Origin: Octopus bimaculoides
Taxonomy: Eukaryota
NCBI RefSeq assembly: GCF_001194135.2
Contig: NC_068991.1
Span: 9,977,836-10,019,126 of the forward strand
DNA: 41,291 nucleotides
Direction of reading: 5' to 3'
Both the position numbers and the translations under genes were made by a program. The notes under the pieces were generated by a model. That model saw only the letters and a program-made list of their open reading frames with translations, was not told where the DNA came from and ran no database searches. Shown piece by piece: positions 11,666 through 23,665 of this stretch. The stretch's first letter is position 1; each line of letters starts with the position of its first letter.

Positions 11666-12289
11666 ATAAGGAGGTTCATAAGTTCAGCTACCATAAGCTG
11701 TGAATGGAAGGTTCTGGAATACACATTTTCAGGTGGCACAATACAAAATACGAAAGACAAAATATTAAAAGTTCAGGAAGCAGTATTCAAATACAGAATA
11801 TTGCTCTGGTTATTGCAATAACACAATTGGTTGGTAAGTGTTCCTATCATTCTGGATAACAGGAGATAGCAATGTCAGATAAACTAGACGTATCAGGAGT
11901 TTTCTTTTGTGTGGATATCCAGGTATTATGGAATATTATGTGTGTGTGTGTGTTACCATTCAATCATCCAAGCTAATCCGGTTTGCTAATCAGGCAAACA
12001 ATCTGTGGGAATATTTTAATACAGAATGTTTCAAACTATGAATGTGGTGATTATGGTGGTGGTGTCGGTGACGGTGCCGGTGGTGTGGTGGTGGGACAGA
12101 TGCAACCCTTTTTCATCACATCTAAATTAATATTAGAGAGCACACTTATAAAATAATTGACCACTATTACATTTTTGTACCACAACATAAGCAAAAACTT
12201 CATATATATATACTTATTTATGTGTGTGGGTTTGCACGTGTGTGTCAGTGACTAACCTCATTTATACCTATCTATCTATGTATCTCTCC

Positions 12290-12348
<59 letters not shown>

Positions 12349-12619
12349 ATATGCACACATATCCACACACACAGACACACAAACACATTCACATAGGCAT
12401 ATATGTAGATATATAGATAGGTAGCTAGATATATAGTTTTATATAAATATATATATATATAAACATACATATATATATATGCATGTATACATGTGTATAT
12501 ACATATATGTGTGTGTATGTGTATATATATATATATATACACATATGGACATATTTATATATATGTATATATATCTATATATCTCTATATCTATCTATAC
12601 GTATATGTTTTTTTGTGTG

Positions 12620-12800
12620 TGTGTATATGTCTGAGTGTCTGTGCTTGTCCCCACTACATCGCTTGACAACCGATGCAGGTGTGTTTACGTCCCTGCAACA
12701 TAGTGGTTCAGCAAAAGAGACCGATAGAATAAGTACTAAGTTTACAAAGAATAAGTCCTGGGGTCGATTTGTCAAATGGCTGAAACAAACAAAAGAATGA
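12620..12800 (+). mobile_element. SINE family C, 3' half
   Basis: catcgcttgacaaccgatgcaggtgtgtttacgtccc...gaataagtcctggggtcgatt. Confidence 0.8.
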
Positions 12801-12822
12801 AAGAATATATATATATATATAT

Positions 12823-13025
12823 CATCATCATTTAACGTCCGCTTTCCATGCTAGCATGGGCTGGATAATTTGACTGGAGACTGGCAAACCAGATGGCTAC
12901 ACCAGACTCCAATCTGATCTGGCAGAGTTTCTACTACTGGATGCCCTTCCTAACGCCAACCACTCCGAGAGCGTAGTGGGTGCTTCTTACGTGCCACCGG
13001 CACAAGGGCTGGTCAGGTGGTACTG
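12823..13025 (-). mobile_element. SINE family A copy
   Basis: Reverse complement of the family core, preceded by (ATC)n on the plus strand. Confidence 0.8.
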
Positions 13026-13176
13026 ACCCCTGATTATAATTATGTTAATAATTATAGAATATTTGTATAATTTTACCTAAAAAGGTTATTTTAACATACC
13101 AAACTACTTAGTAAAATTACTAATTATTAATTAATTTTACCTTTTTATTAACATTGAAATTATATATATATATATA

Positions 13177-13744
13177 NNNNNNNNNNNNNNNNNNNNNNNN
13201 NNNNNNNNNNNNNNNNNNNNNNNNNNNNNNNNNNNNNNNNNNNNNNNNNNNNNNNNNNNNNNNNNNNNNNNNNNNNNNNNNNNNNNNNNNNNNNNNNNNN
13301 NNNNNNNNNNNNNNNNNNNNNNNNNNNNNNNNNNNNNNNNNNNNNNNNNNNNNNNNNNNNNNNNNNNNNNNNNNNNNNNNNNNNNNNNNNNNNNNNNNNN
13401 NNNNNNNNNNNNNNNNNNNNNNNNNNNNNNNNNNNNNNNNNNNNNNNNNNNNNNNNNNNNNNNNNNNNNNNNNNNNNNNNNNNNNNNNNNNNNNNNNNNN
13501 NNNNNNNNNNNNNNNNNNNNNNNNNNNNNNNNNNNNNNNNNNNNNNNNNNNNNNNNNNNNNNNNNNNNNNNNNNNNNNNNNNNNNNNNNNNNNNNNNNNN
13601 NNNNNNNNNNNNNNNNNNNNNNNNNNNNNNNNNNNNNNNNNNNNNNNNNNNNNNNNNNNNNNNNNNNNNNNNNNNNNNNNNNNNNNNNNNNNNNNNNNNN
13701 NNNNNNNNNNNNNNNNNNNNNNNNNNNNNNNNNNNNNNNNNNNN
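13177..13744. other. Assembly gap
   Basis: Run of N flanked by (TA)n. Confidence 1.
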
Positions 13745-13785
<41 letters not shown>

Positions 13786-13789
13786 GTTT

Positions 13790-13990
13790 ATATGTCTTTG
13801 TTTGTCCCCCCACCATCGCTTGACAACTGATGTGGGTGTGTTTACGTCCCTGTAACCTAGCAATTCGGCAAAAGAAGACCGGTAGAATATGTATTAGACT
13901 TACGAAGAATAAGTCCTGGGGTCGATTCGTTCAACCAAAGGCGGTGCTCCAGCATGGCCACAGTCAAATGACTGAGACAAATAAAAGAAA
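13790..13990 (+). mobile_element. SINE family C, 3' half
   Basis: Same motifs, ending ctccagcatggccacagtcaaatgactgagac. Confidence 0.8.
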
Positions 13991-14479
13991 TAAAAAGAAG
14001 TATGTATATACAGAGAGAGAAAGAGAGAGAGAGAGAGTGTGGAAAATAGAGATGAAATGCATGGAGATTTAAAAGCAATACTACCACCGCCACCGCCACC
14101 ACCTACACTGCACATGACATCTTGAACCATCTGAAGTAGCCGACTATGTTTATATTAACATAGTATTATTGGTTAGGTAACTATTACTACAATAATACGT
14201 TATGTCATGTGCTGTATTGATGTGAGAGCTGGTAGTGGTCTTGTTAATGTTTTTTTTAACAGCAGGTTAGCCACAGCCACCGCCGCCTTCGGCCCCCCCC
14301 CCTACTAACCTAGTAGACCTATGATGACCAAAGACATTCCGGCTGTGACCATCCAGTTTTTTTTTTTTTTAGAGGTAATTGAATTCAAGAGCACCTGTTG
14401 TGTCCTTCCCTTATTCAAGATGGTAGGTTGTTTAATTCGAGGAAGACATGACTGTTATTTCTAGAAGGTCGAGTAGCCT

Positions 14480-15860
14480 GTCAAGGTTCTTTCACCAGCA
14501 TGGTGGAGTTGGCGATGCTGGTAGTAGTAGTTGTAGTAATAATAGTAGTCGCAGCAGCAGTTGTGGTGGTGGTGGTAGTAGTAGTCATTGTCGTTGTCGT
14601 AGTAGTAGCAGTGTTGGTGGTGGTGTTTGTGGTAGTATTGGTTGTAGCAGTGGCTGTGGTGACGATTGTGGTAGTGGTAGTGTAGTCATTGGTGCTTGTG
14701 ATGGTAGTGGTGGTGGTGGTGTTGTTGGTGGTAGAATTGGTAGAGGTGGTGGTACTAGTGGTGATGGTGGAACAAGTGCTGTTAGTGTTGTTTGTGGTGG
14801 AGGTAGTATTGGTTGTGGTAGGGGTATTGTTGTTGGAGATAGCACTGGTGCTGTATGTAAGTGGTGGTAGTGGTTGTGGCAGTGGTAGTGTTGGTAGTAA
14901 TGGTAGCAATAATGTTGTTATTGGTGATGGGGTAGTGATGGGAGTAGTTGTTGGGGTGGTAGTGGTGGGGGCGGTAGTGGTGGAGGTGGTAGTGTTGGGC
15001 TGGTGAGGGCACTGGTAGTGGTGAAAGTATTAGTGGTGTGGGCGGTAATGGTGGAGGTGGTAGTGTTAGTGGGGAGTGTGTTAGTGGTGGGGGCGGTATT
15101 GGTGAGGTGAGAGTGGTGGAAGTGGTAGTGTTGGGCTGGTGAGGGCAGTGGTAGTGATGGAAGGTGTTAGCGGTGGGGATGGTGGTGTTGGTGTGATAGT
15201 AAAAATAGCGTTCCTGGTGACAAAGGTGTAGGAGGAATGGTGGTGGTAGTAGTAGTAGTTGTAATAGTAGTAGCAGTAGTAGTAGTATCTTCATAATCAT
15301 CATCATCAGTAGTAGTAGTATTAGTAGTTGCTGTTGGAGGAGCGGGTGTAGTTACCAAGAACAATAGTCATGTTGATGGTTGTTGTTGTTGGTGGTGGTG
15401 GTGTTGCTGTCATTGTTGCCACAGGTCAGTTTCGGGTTGAGCTGACCCATAATCAAAGATGTTCCCACTGAGAATTTCCCATATCTTTTCCCAAGAGCAT
15501 TTAAAACAAACAAACATAAGACTGCATTGTCCACATTGTCTCAATGTAGGATGTGATTTGAGGAAGATTTGGCAGCTATTTCTTGTAGAGCGAGTGACCA
15601 CGTAGAGGTCGTCCTTGCTGTCTCGTGGTTAAAGTAGTAAGCTAACAGATGGTAGCAGTTTATGTTAGTAATGATGGAATGTAGCTGATCTACTACTACT
15701 ACTATAACCATCACCACCACCACCACTACTACTACTACTACAACAACCACGACCACTACTGTTGCCACCACCAAAACCACCACTGCTGCTGCGACTACTA
15801 CTACTACTATTACTTCTACAGCTACTTCTACTACTACTACTACTACTACTACAACCAATT
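14480..15860. repeat. (GGT/AGT/GTT)n and (ACT/ACC)n low-complexity block
   Basis: Produces poly-V/T/G/P pseudo-ORFs in several frames. Confidence 0.9.
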
Positions 15861-15864
15861 TAGG

Positions 15865-16990
15865 ACAGTGGATTGACAGAGTCAAAAGAGCATTGGTAAA
15901 AATGCCTTGCAGTATTTCTCTTGGCTCTTTATGCTCTGAGTTCAATTCCTGCGAGGGCCAACTTTGTCTTTCATCCTTCCACTCTCCAGCATTGATAAAA
16001 TAAAGTACCAGTCAAGTACCAGGGTCAATGATAGTGACTAACAGCCTCCTCTTAAAATTGCAAGCCTTTTTTGCCAAAAACTGAGACTATTATTATTATT
16101 AGCATCTCATCTCTCTTTAGATTCTGAGTCCAAATTCTGTCGAGGTTGACTTTGCCTTTCATCCTTTTCAGGTTGATGAAATAAATACCAGTTGAATACT
16201 GAGGTCCATGTATTTGACTAGACCCCTCTCAGAAAAAAATGTTCCGGTCCTATGCGAATAGTAGATTGGATTATTATTATTATTATTACTATTATTATTA
16301 TTATTAAGGCGGTGAACTGGCAGAATCATTAGCATGCCGGACGAAATGCTTAGTGGTATTTCGTCTGTCTTCATGTTCTGAGTTCAAATGTCACCGGGGT
16401 CGACTTTGCCTTTCATCCTTTTAGTGTTGATAAATTAAGTACCAGTTACGTACTGGGGTCGATGTAATCGACTTAATCCCTTCCCCTGAAATTTGAGGTC
16501 TTGTGCTTCTTGTAGAAAGGATTATTAAGGTGGCAAGCTGGAAGAACCATTGGCACACTGGATGGAATGATTAGACAATATTTCACTCGTCGCTACGTTC
16601 TGAGTCCAAATTCTGCCAAGATTGACCTTTTGGGGTTGATAAAATATGTACCAGTTGCGCACTGGAGTCAATGTTATCAACTAGTCCCCCCCACACAAAT
16701 TTCAAGACTTGTACCTATAGTAGAAAGGATTATTATTATTATTATTATTATTAAGGTATCAATCTGGCAGAATTTGTTATCACGCCAGGCAAATTACTTA
16801 ATGGCATTTTGTCTGTCTTTACATTCTGAGTTCAAATTCCACTCAAGTTGACATTTGTCTTTCATCCTTTCAGGGTTGATAAATTAAGTGCCAGTGTTTC
16901 ACTGGGGTCAATGTAATCGACTAGTCCCCTCCCACAAAATTTCAGGCCTTGTGCCTTTAGTAGAAAGGATTATTATTATTATTATTAAGA
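15865..16990 (+). mobile_element. Head-to-tail array of about five SINE family B copies separated by (ATT)n
   Basis: Units at roughly 15865, 16110, 16306, 16528 and 16753, each containing ttctgagt.caa and ccagt and mostly ending in attattatt. Confidence 0.85.
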
Positions 16991-17597
16991 TGGTCAGCAG
17001 CAGAATCATTTGTATGCCAGAGAAAATGAAGTATCTGCCAAATACTAGGTGCTTTTTATGTGGTACCAACACCAGTGTCGTTATATGGTACCAGCACAGG
17101 TGCTTTTTACATGGCACCAAAACAGGTGCTTTTTGTGTGGCACCAGCATCGGTGGACTCACAAGATAAGATCATCTCAGATGAGAGAGGAAACAAGAACA
17201 TGACCATAAAGGACATACCTGTTTGTATAGATTGCCACGATTTTACTTAGCCTGATGTGTCTTCTGAAGCACAGCAAATTACCAGAAGTCTCAGTTCCTT
17301 GTTATCTTCACAGTGAGACCCAACATCTGAAGATCCTTTTAGGCTAAGAAATTACAAGTACTTTCTTTCCTAGGGGCTTCCACAGGGATTGTTTTCTACA
17401 AAATTTCACTCACAACCCTTAGATCAACCCAAGGGTATATATGATAAAAGACATTTGCTGCACATGCTGTCTGATAGAATTGAACACCAAAGCTAATGAC
17501 TCGATAAGCAAACTTCTTAATATAGACCAAGTTCCTGTGTAAACTGGTAATATATTAACATAATAATAGTGTTGTTGTTTCTGTGAAATTAGTCATT

Positions 17598-17800
17598 AAG
17601 TTTCGTCAAGATCATGAAATTCCAATTTGTATTGGCCCTGACAGTCTCCAGACTGGAACACTATTACCAATTTATGGCAAATCGTTAAATCAATGCTGAA
17701 TTCAAGACCTCTAGAGATCAACGAATCATTATTTGGAACAGTTCTGGAAGAATGGTCGGAATTATAACCAACATTATTGAACAAAATGAACTGCAACCAT
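17598..17800 (+). mobile_element. Tc1-family transposase remnant
   Basis: KFRQDHEIPI-(frameshift)-LYWP*QSPDWNTITNLWQIVKSMLNSRP...EEWSEL*PTLLNK, a decayed WP.QSPDLNPIENLW motif plus the C-terminal EEW helix. Confidence 0.7.
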
Positions 17801-17889
17801 GCTGGGGTTGATTGTTTCAACCTCAGTATTTATTCCAGCTTGTTAGTTATATTTATCGAATGGCTAAGGTTTATATCTAAATCTATCTA

Positions 17890-17938
<49 letters not shown>

Positions 17939-18058
17939 NNNNNNNNNNNNNNNNNNNNNNNNNNNNNNNNNNNNNNNNNNNNNNNNNNNNNNNNNNNNNN
18001 NNNNNNNNNNNNNNNNNNNNNNNNNNNNNNNNNNNNNNNNNNNNNNNNNNNNNNNNNN
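17939..18058. other. Assembly gap
   Basis: Run of N flanked by (TA)n. Confidence 1.
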
Positions 18059-18102
<44 letters not shown>

Positions 18103-18936
18103 GCATGCATGTATGTTTATAAAACATAGAAGGGGCACAGCACAGCACTGGTTTATATAACAAAACATAAGCACAGATATATGTGCATACCCATACATAT
18201 ATACATGCATAATATAATATACATACATATATTTATAAATATATATAACACACACACACACATGCTCAGAATATTTCCAGGTATCTGTCTTCACAGTTTC
18301 TGTTTTAACAAATTCCACCAACATACTAACAAATTTTCATTGGACTATCCGAGGCAAAAATACAAAACACCCTATCAAGCTGCACACAAGGGTTGAACAC
18401 AGAACTGCATGGTTACAAAGCAAACTGTTTAACTATAGATCCATGCTGTGAACCTATGATTACAAATATTAAAATTCCACCAACATAATCATGTCAGAAG
18501 CATTTATGTTGATTATCAATAAAAAGAAATTGTGTTTTTCCTCAAATCTAAACAGAATTAATTATTTTATTGGATTTCAACAAAAATGTGAGAGTTTTTA
18601 AAAAAACAAAAATACCAAAAGCTTGTCTTGATACATACATAATTGCATACATACATACATACACACACATATATCATCATCATTGTTTAACATCCACTTT
18701 CCATGCTGGCATGAGTTGGACAGAAAGTTATACATATATGTATATATAAATATATATATCTGTATGCATGTGCACGAGTCGTATGTTTTGGTAGAGAAAT
18801 AGTAGTTTTGGCTGCTATTTCTAATTTTCAGTGTGTTGTGAAGCAATACTTGCTGAACCCTAAATTTTTAATCATATATATATATATATAACTAATTTAG
18901 AGACGAACAACCACTCTACAACTCAGTGAATGAAGA

Positions 18937-20881
18937 ACAGGTCCAAAACAATGCTGTGAGGCATATACAATATAACTACTTATCTAAGATTTTAATCTAA
19001 AATTTTAATAATACATAATATATCATATAAAGAAATATTCATCATAAAATATTAATCTAAAAATCAAATCAAGTATAAATAGGACAGTAAAAATTTATAC
19101 AATAATATAATGTGTAAAGTCAGTGCTTCTACATAGACTATGTGCGTTTCATGGATGAAATAGGACTGTATAAAATCATAAGCAAATTCTATCCAAGTTC
19201 ATTAGAACGGGAAAATGATTTTATTCCCCAAATCAGTCACTCTTCAACTCAAATTCCTAAAAAAATACCTAAAATCATTCAAGGAATAAACATAAACACG
19301 AGAAATAAAAAATATATATAAAGAGAGAAAACCTGTAAAATAATCCCTATTTTAACAGCATTAATATAATTATTAAAAGTTACAATCTAAAAATATTGAA
19401 AAGAGTATTATAGTGAACAAGGTTAAATCATTATGGAAGAAGTGAATAAAAGTAAAAAATGTGTTAGTGTATAAAGTTAATAAAAGACGTATGTCAATAT
19501 TACTTAGAATATTTAAAAAACATGACTTACCTGGGGGCAAGTTACTGTATATTAAACCAAAATGGCCGTACTACAGAATTTATACTGAAAGGTCACGTGA
19601 TAGATATGGCGTCCATTACCCAGAAGTCAATGCGTATTAATATTTACTATAATAATAACGAAAATATCGAAAAAGAAGATCTACCTAAAGTAAATAGTTT
19701 ATTTAGGGAATAAATTCTGCTTATTATGTACTAACGAATTTAAAGAGATATTATTAGCTAATAAAAAATTTATTAACTCCGACGATGAACGTAATATTAA
19801 ATGCAGATATAAATTAAATTATTTATATAATAAGTTTAGATAACTAATTTATTTATTTAAACCTAGTATAAGGTACCAACTTATAGTCATGATTAGTAGC
19901 GTTAAATACATCAAATTCGCTTTAGAATACACTTTAATCATCACAATATTATACAAAATTAGAACATATAACTACCTTTGACTATAAAATATTCTACGAT
20001 AATATGAGCATTCTTTTACAATGTTCCATAGCATTATTTACGTAATATATAATTTTCGTATGTGGTATAGTTATTATTCTGCATATATCTGAGAGTTTTA
20101 AGTATTTTTAATCTCCAATAATCTATTTACTTTAGGTAGATCTTCTTTTTCGATATTTTCGTTATTATTATAGTAAATATAATACGCATTGACTTCTGGG
20201 TAATGGACGCCATATTTATCACGTGACCTTTCAGTATAAATTCTATAGTACGGCCATTTTGGTTTAATATACAGTAACTTGCCCGCAGGAAAGTCATGTT
20301 TTTTAATTTTCTAAGCAATATTGACATACGTCTTTTATTAACTTTATACACTAACACATTTTTACTTTTATTCACTTCTTCCATAATGATTTAACCTTGT
20401 TCACTATAATACTCTTTTCAATATTTTTAGATTATAACTTTTAATAATTATATTAATGCCGTTAACATAGGGATTATTTTACAGGTTTTCTCTCTTTATA
20501 TATATTTTTTTATTTTTCGTGTTTATGTTTATTCCTTGAATGATTTTAGGTATTTTTTTTTTTAGGAATTTGACCAGAAGAGTGACTGATTTGGGGAGTA
20601 AAACCATTTTCTCGTTCTAATGAACTTGGATAGAATTTGCTTATGATTTTATACAGTCGTATTTCAGCCATGAAACACTTGTAGTCTATGTACAAGCACT
20701 GACTTTTATACTTTTACACATTATATTATTGTATTAATTTTTACTGTCCTATTTATACTTTATTTGATTTTAGATTAATATTTTTATGATGAATGTTTCT
20801 TTATATGATATATTATATATTATTAAAATTTTAGATAAGTAGTTATATGGTATATGCCTTACAACATGGTTTTGGACTTGT
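18937..20881. mobile_element. Long foldback inverted repeat (arms ~760 bp, spacer ~425 bp), probable non-autonomous DNA element
   Basis: 18937-19697 is the reverse complement of 20123-20881 with scattered mismatches and small indels. ORFs 19522-19713(+) and 20127-20384(-) give near-identical peptides, which confirms the symmetry. Confidence 0.85.
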
Positions 20882-22000
20882 ATGTATATATGTATGCTAT
20901 ATATGTATATATCTATATACATACATACATATATATACGTACATACATACATATATATACGTACATACATACATATATATACGTACATACATACATATAT
21001 ATANNNNNNNNNNNNNNNNNNNNNNNNNNNNNNNNNNNNNNNNNNNNNNNNNNNNNNNNNNNNNNNNNNNNNNNNNNNNNNNNNNNNNNNNNNNNNNNNN
21101 NNNNNNNNNNNNNNNNNNNNNNNNNNNNNNNNNNNNNNNNNNNNNNNNNNNNNNNNNNNNNNNNNNNNNNNNNNNNNNNNNNNNNNNNNNNNNNNNNNNN
21201 NNNNNNNNNNNNNNNNNNNNNNNNNNNNNNNNNNNNNNNNNNNNNNNNNNNNNNNNNNNNNNNNNNNNNNNNNNNNNNNNNNNNNNNNNNNNNNNNNNNN
21301 NNNNNNNNNNNNNNNNNNNNNNNNNNNNNNNNNNNNNNNNNNNNNNNNNNNNNNNNNNNNNNNNNNNNNNNNNNNNNNNNNNNNNNNNNNNNNNNNNNNN
21401 NNNNNNNNNNNNNNNNNNNNNNNNNNNNNNNNNNNNNNNNNNNNNNNNNNNNNNNNNNNNNNNNNNNNNNNNNNNNNNNNNNNNNNNNNNNNNNNNNNNN
21501 NNNNNNNNNNNNNNNNNNNNNNNNNNNNNNNNNNNNNNNNNNNNNNNNNNNNNNNNNNNNNNNNNNNNNNNNNNNNNNNNNNNNNNNNNNNNNNNNNNNN
21601 NNNNNNNNNNNNNNNNNNNNNNNNNNNNNNNNNNNNNNNNNNNNNNNNNNNNNNNNNNNNNNNNNNNNNNNNNNNNNNNNNNNNNNNNNNNNNNNNNNNN
21701 NNNNNNNNNNNNNNNNNNNNNNNNNNNNNNNNNNNNNNNNNNNNNNNNNNNNNNNNNNNNNNNNNNNNNTACATATATATATATGTACGTACATACATAT
21801 ATATATACGTACATACATATATATATATGTACGTACATACATATATATATGTACGTACATACATATATATATGTACATACATACATTTATATGTACATAC
21901 ATACATTTATATGTACATACATACATTTATATGTACATACATACATTTATATGTACATACATGCATATATATATGTACATGCATATATATATATATATAG
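20882..22000. repeat. Compound (TACG/TACA/TA)n microsatellite surrounding a 767-N gap
   Basis: Repeats flank N 21004-21770. Confidence 0.9.
21004..21770. other. Assembly gap
   Basis: Run of N. Confidence 1.
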
Positions 22001-22026
22001 ACATATGTTCATATATAGTTATATAT

Positions 22027-22235
22027 GGGAGAATATACAAATAATAACAACAGACGAGGACAGGTGGTGTAAATAACAAAAGTATATATTAGTATGACGC
22101 TCGGGAATACGGAAAGTCTTTGACGTTTCGAGCTACGCTCTTCAACAGAAAGAATACGGAGATAAGGAGAAAAACACGGAGAAAAAAAATTGAATAGTGT
22201 TCAGTCAACGGTCAATCATAATAATGGCCGATCAT
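22027..22235 (-). mobile_element. Penelope-like element fragment carrying a minimal hammerhead motif
   Basis: Contains the minus-strand motif TCTTT CTGTTGA A GAGC GTA GCTC GAAAC GTC AAAGA. The Penelope assignment rests on the known association of such minimal hammerheads with Penelope-like element repeats; no RT or GIY-YIG coding sequence is visible. Confidence 0.45.
22117..22153 (-). ncRNA. Minimal type I hammerhead ribozyme-like motif (core variant)
   Basis: Stem I UCUUU/AAAGA, core CUGUUGA (canonical CUGANGA), stem II GAGC/GCUC, then GAAAC-GUC with a loopless palindromic ACGU stem III. Confidence 0.55.
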
Positions 22236-22707
22236 AATATATATATATACACACACACATACATATATGTATACATATATAATAATAATATCTTATGATA
22301 TTTACTTTGTATTATATTATACTTATTTATTGTGCTTTTACTTATTAATTTTTCTATATGTGACAGTGGATTTTCATCGAGACTTCATGAACCTTGGTTC
22401 TTTTCCCTAAAACTATATATGTATATATATACATACATACATATATGTATATACATATGTATGTGTATATTTAGCAATTTTTGTTGCTAAACTGTGAGTT
22501 GCATAGTGTTTGGCAGCTTAACGATATCTCCATTGATTTCAATATGGGATGAAGCATATAGCATACAATGGTTATTAAACTCTCTTTATCATATATCATC
22601 CATATTTTGTCATCTATACAAGCTGTGTACATGCTAGAAGCTTACTGACTTTCTATATCAGAATCTTTTGTGTCATACTACCCTACAACTATACAATGTA
22701 GATACAT

Positions 22708-23305
22708 AGGCATGGCTGTGTGGGTAAGAAGCTTACTTTTCAACCACATGATTCCAGGTTCAGTCCAATGATGTGGCACTTTGGGCAATTCTAATTTAGT
22801 TTCAGGTTGATCAAAGCTTCTTCAGTGGATGTCATGGAATGAAACTAAGCCTGTCATACATGTGCATGTGTGTGTGTGTGCATGAGTTCCACCACTGCTT
22901 GATAACTGGTATTAGTGTGTTTGTATCTCTCTAACTTGGCAGTTTGGGCAAAAGGGACCAACAGAACGAATACCAGGCTTTAAAAGAAGTCCTGAGGTCG
23001 ATTTGCTTGAGCAGAACATTCCCAGGAAGTGCTCCAACATGGCCACAGTTAAATGACTGAAACTAGTTAAAGATGAGAGATAAAAGATATGTATGTGTGT
23101 ATATATATACAGGCACACACAGGCATGGATGTGTGGTAAAAGGCTTGTTTCACAACCACATGGTTCTGGGTTCAGTCCCACCACATGACACCTTGGGCAA
23201 ATGTCTTCTACTATAACTTTAGGCCGACCAAAGCCTTCCGAGTGGATTTGGTACATGGAAACTGAAAGAAGTCCATCATGTGTGTGTCTGTGTTTGTCCC
23301 CCATG
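22708..23305 (+). mobile_element. Two SINE family C copies in tandem
   Basis: Heads at 22708 and 23122 (ggcatggctgtgtgggtaag and ggcatggatgtgtggtaaa). Confidence 0.8.
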
Positions 23306-23632
23306 CTTTAGTTTCATATAGTTTAATATCTTTTTATAAATATATACATATTAAATGGATGTCGTGAGATCCAACCAGTTTTCACTATTTAAATTAGCTT
23401 TTCAAGGGACATTGTACAGTAATCAATTCTCATGACAGATGGGTCTCGTCATTTTCCACATATTTTCAACTCATAATTTTTCCACGTGGTGTATACTGAA
23501 TCTTCAGTATCTTTGCTCCTTGTATATATATATATATATATATACATACATACATAAGCATAAGCAATGTTATACATATATATATATATATACATAAGCA
23601 TAAGCAATGTTATATATATATGGTGATGATGA

Positions 23633-23665
<33 letters not shown>

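Noticed and set aside
14448-15945. Poly-V/T/G/P ORFs resembling mucins or membrane proteins
   Set aside because: Open on several frames and both strands because of trinucleotide repeats; no splice support.
17130-17345. Candidate minus-strand exon ending CAG|gtatgt
   Set aside because: Short, no recognisable product and no compatible neighbouring exon.
17596-17820. 74-aa minus-strand ORF as a host exon
   Set aside because: It is the antisense of a decayed Tc1 transposase.
19523-19540. ACTTACCTGG resembling the U1 snRNA 5' end
   Set aside because: The opposite arm has ACTTTCCTGC at this position and no U1 stem-loops or Sm site follow.
13120-22076. Long ORFs of 200-409 aa near 13.1-13.9 kb and 20.8-22.1 kb
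   Set aside because: Made of N gaps and (TA)n/(TACA)n repeats; not coding.
23340-23520. Possible LINE RT fragment (VMRIDYC) on the minus strand
   Set aside because: Similarity limited to a few residues; not supportable by eye.
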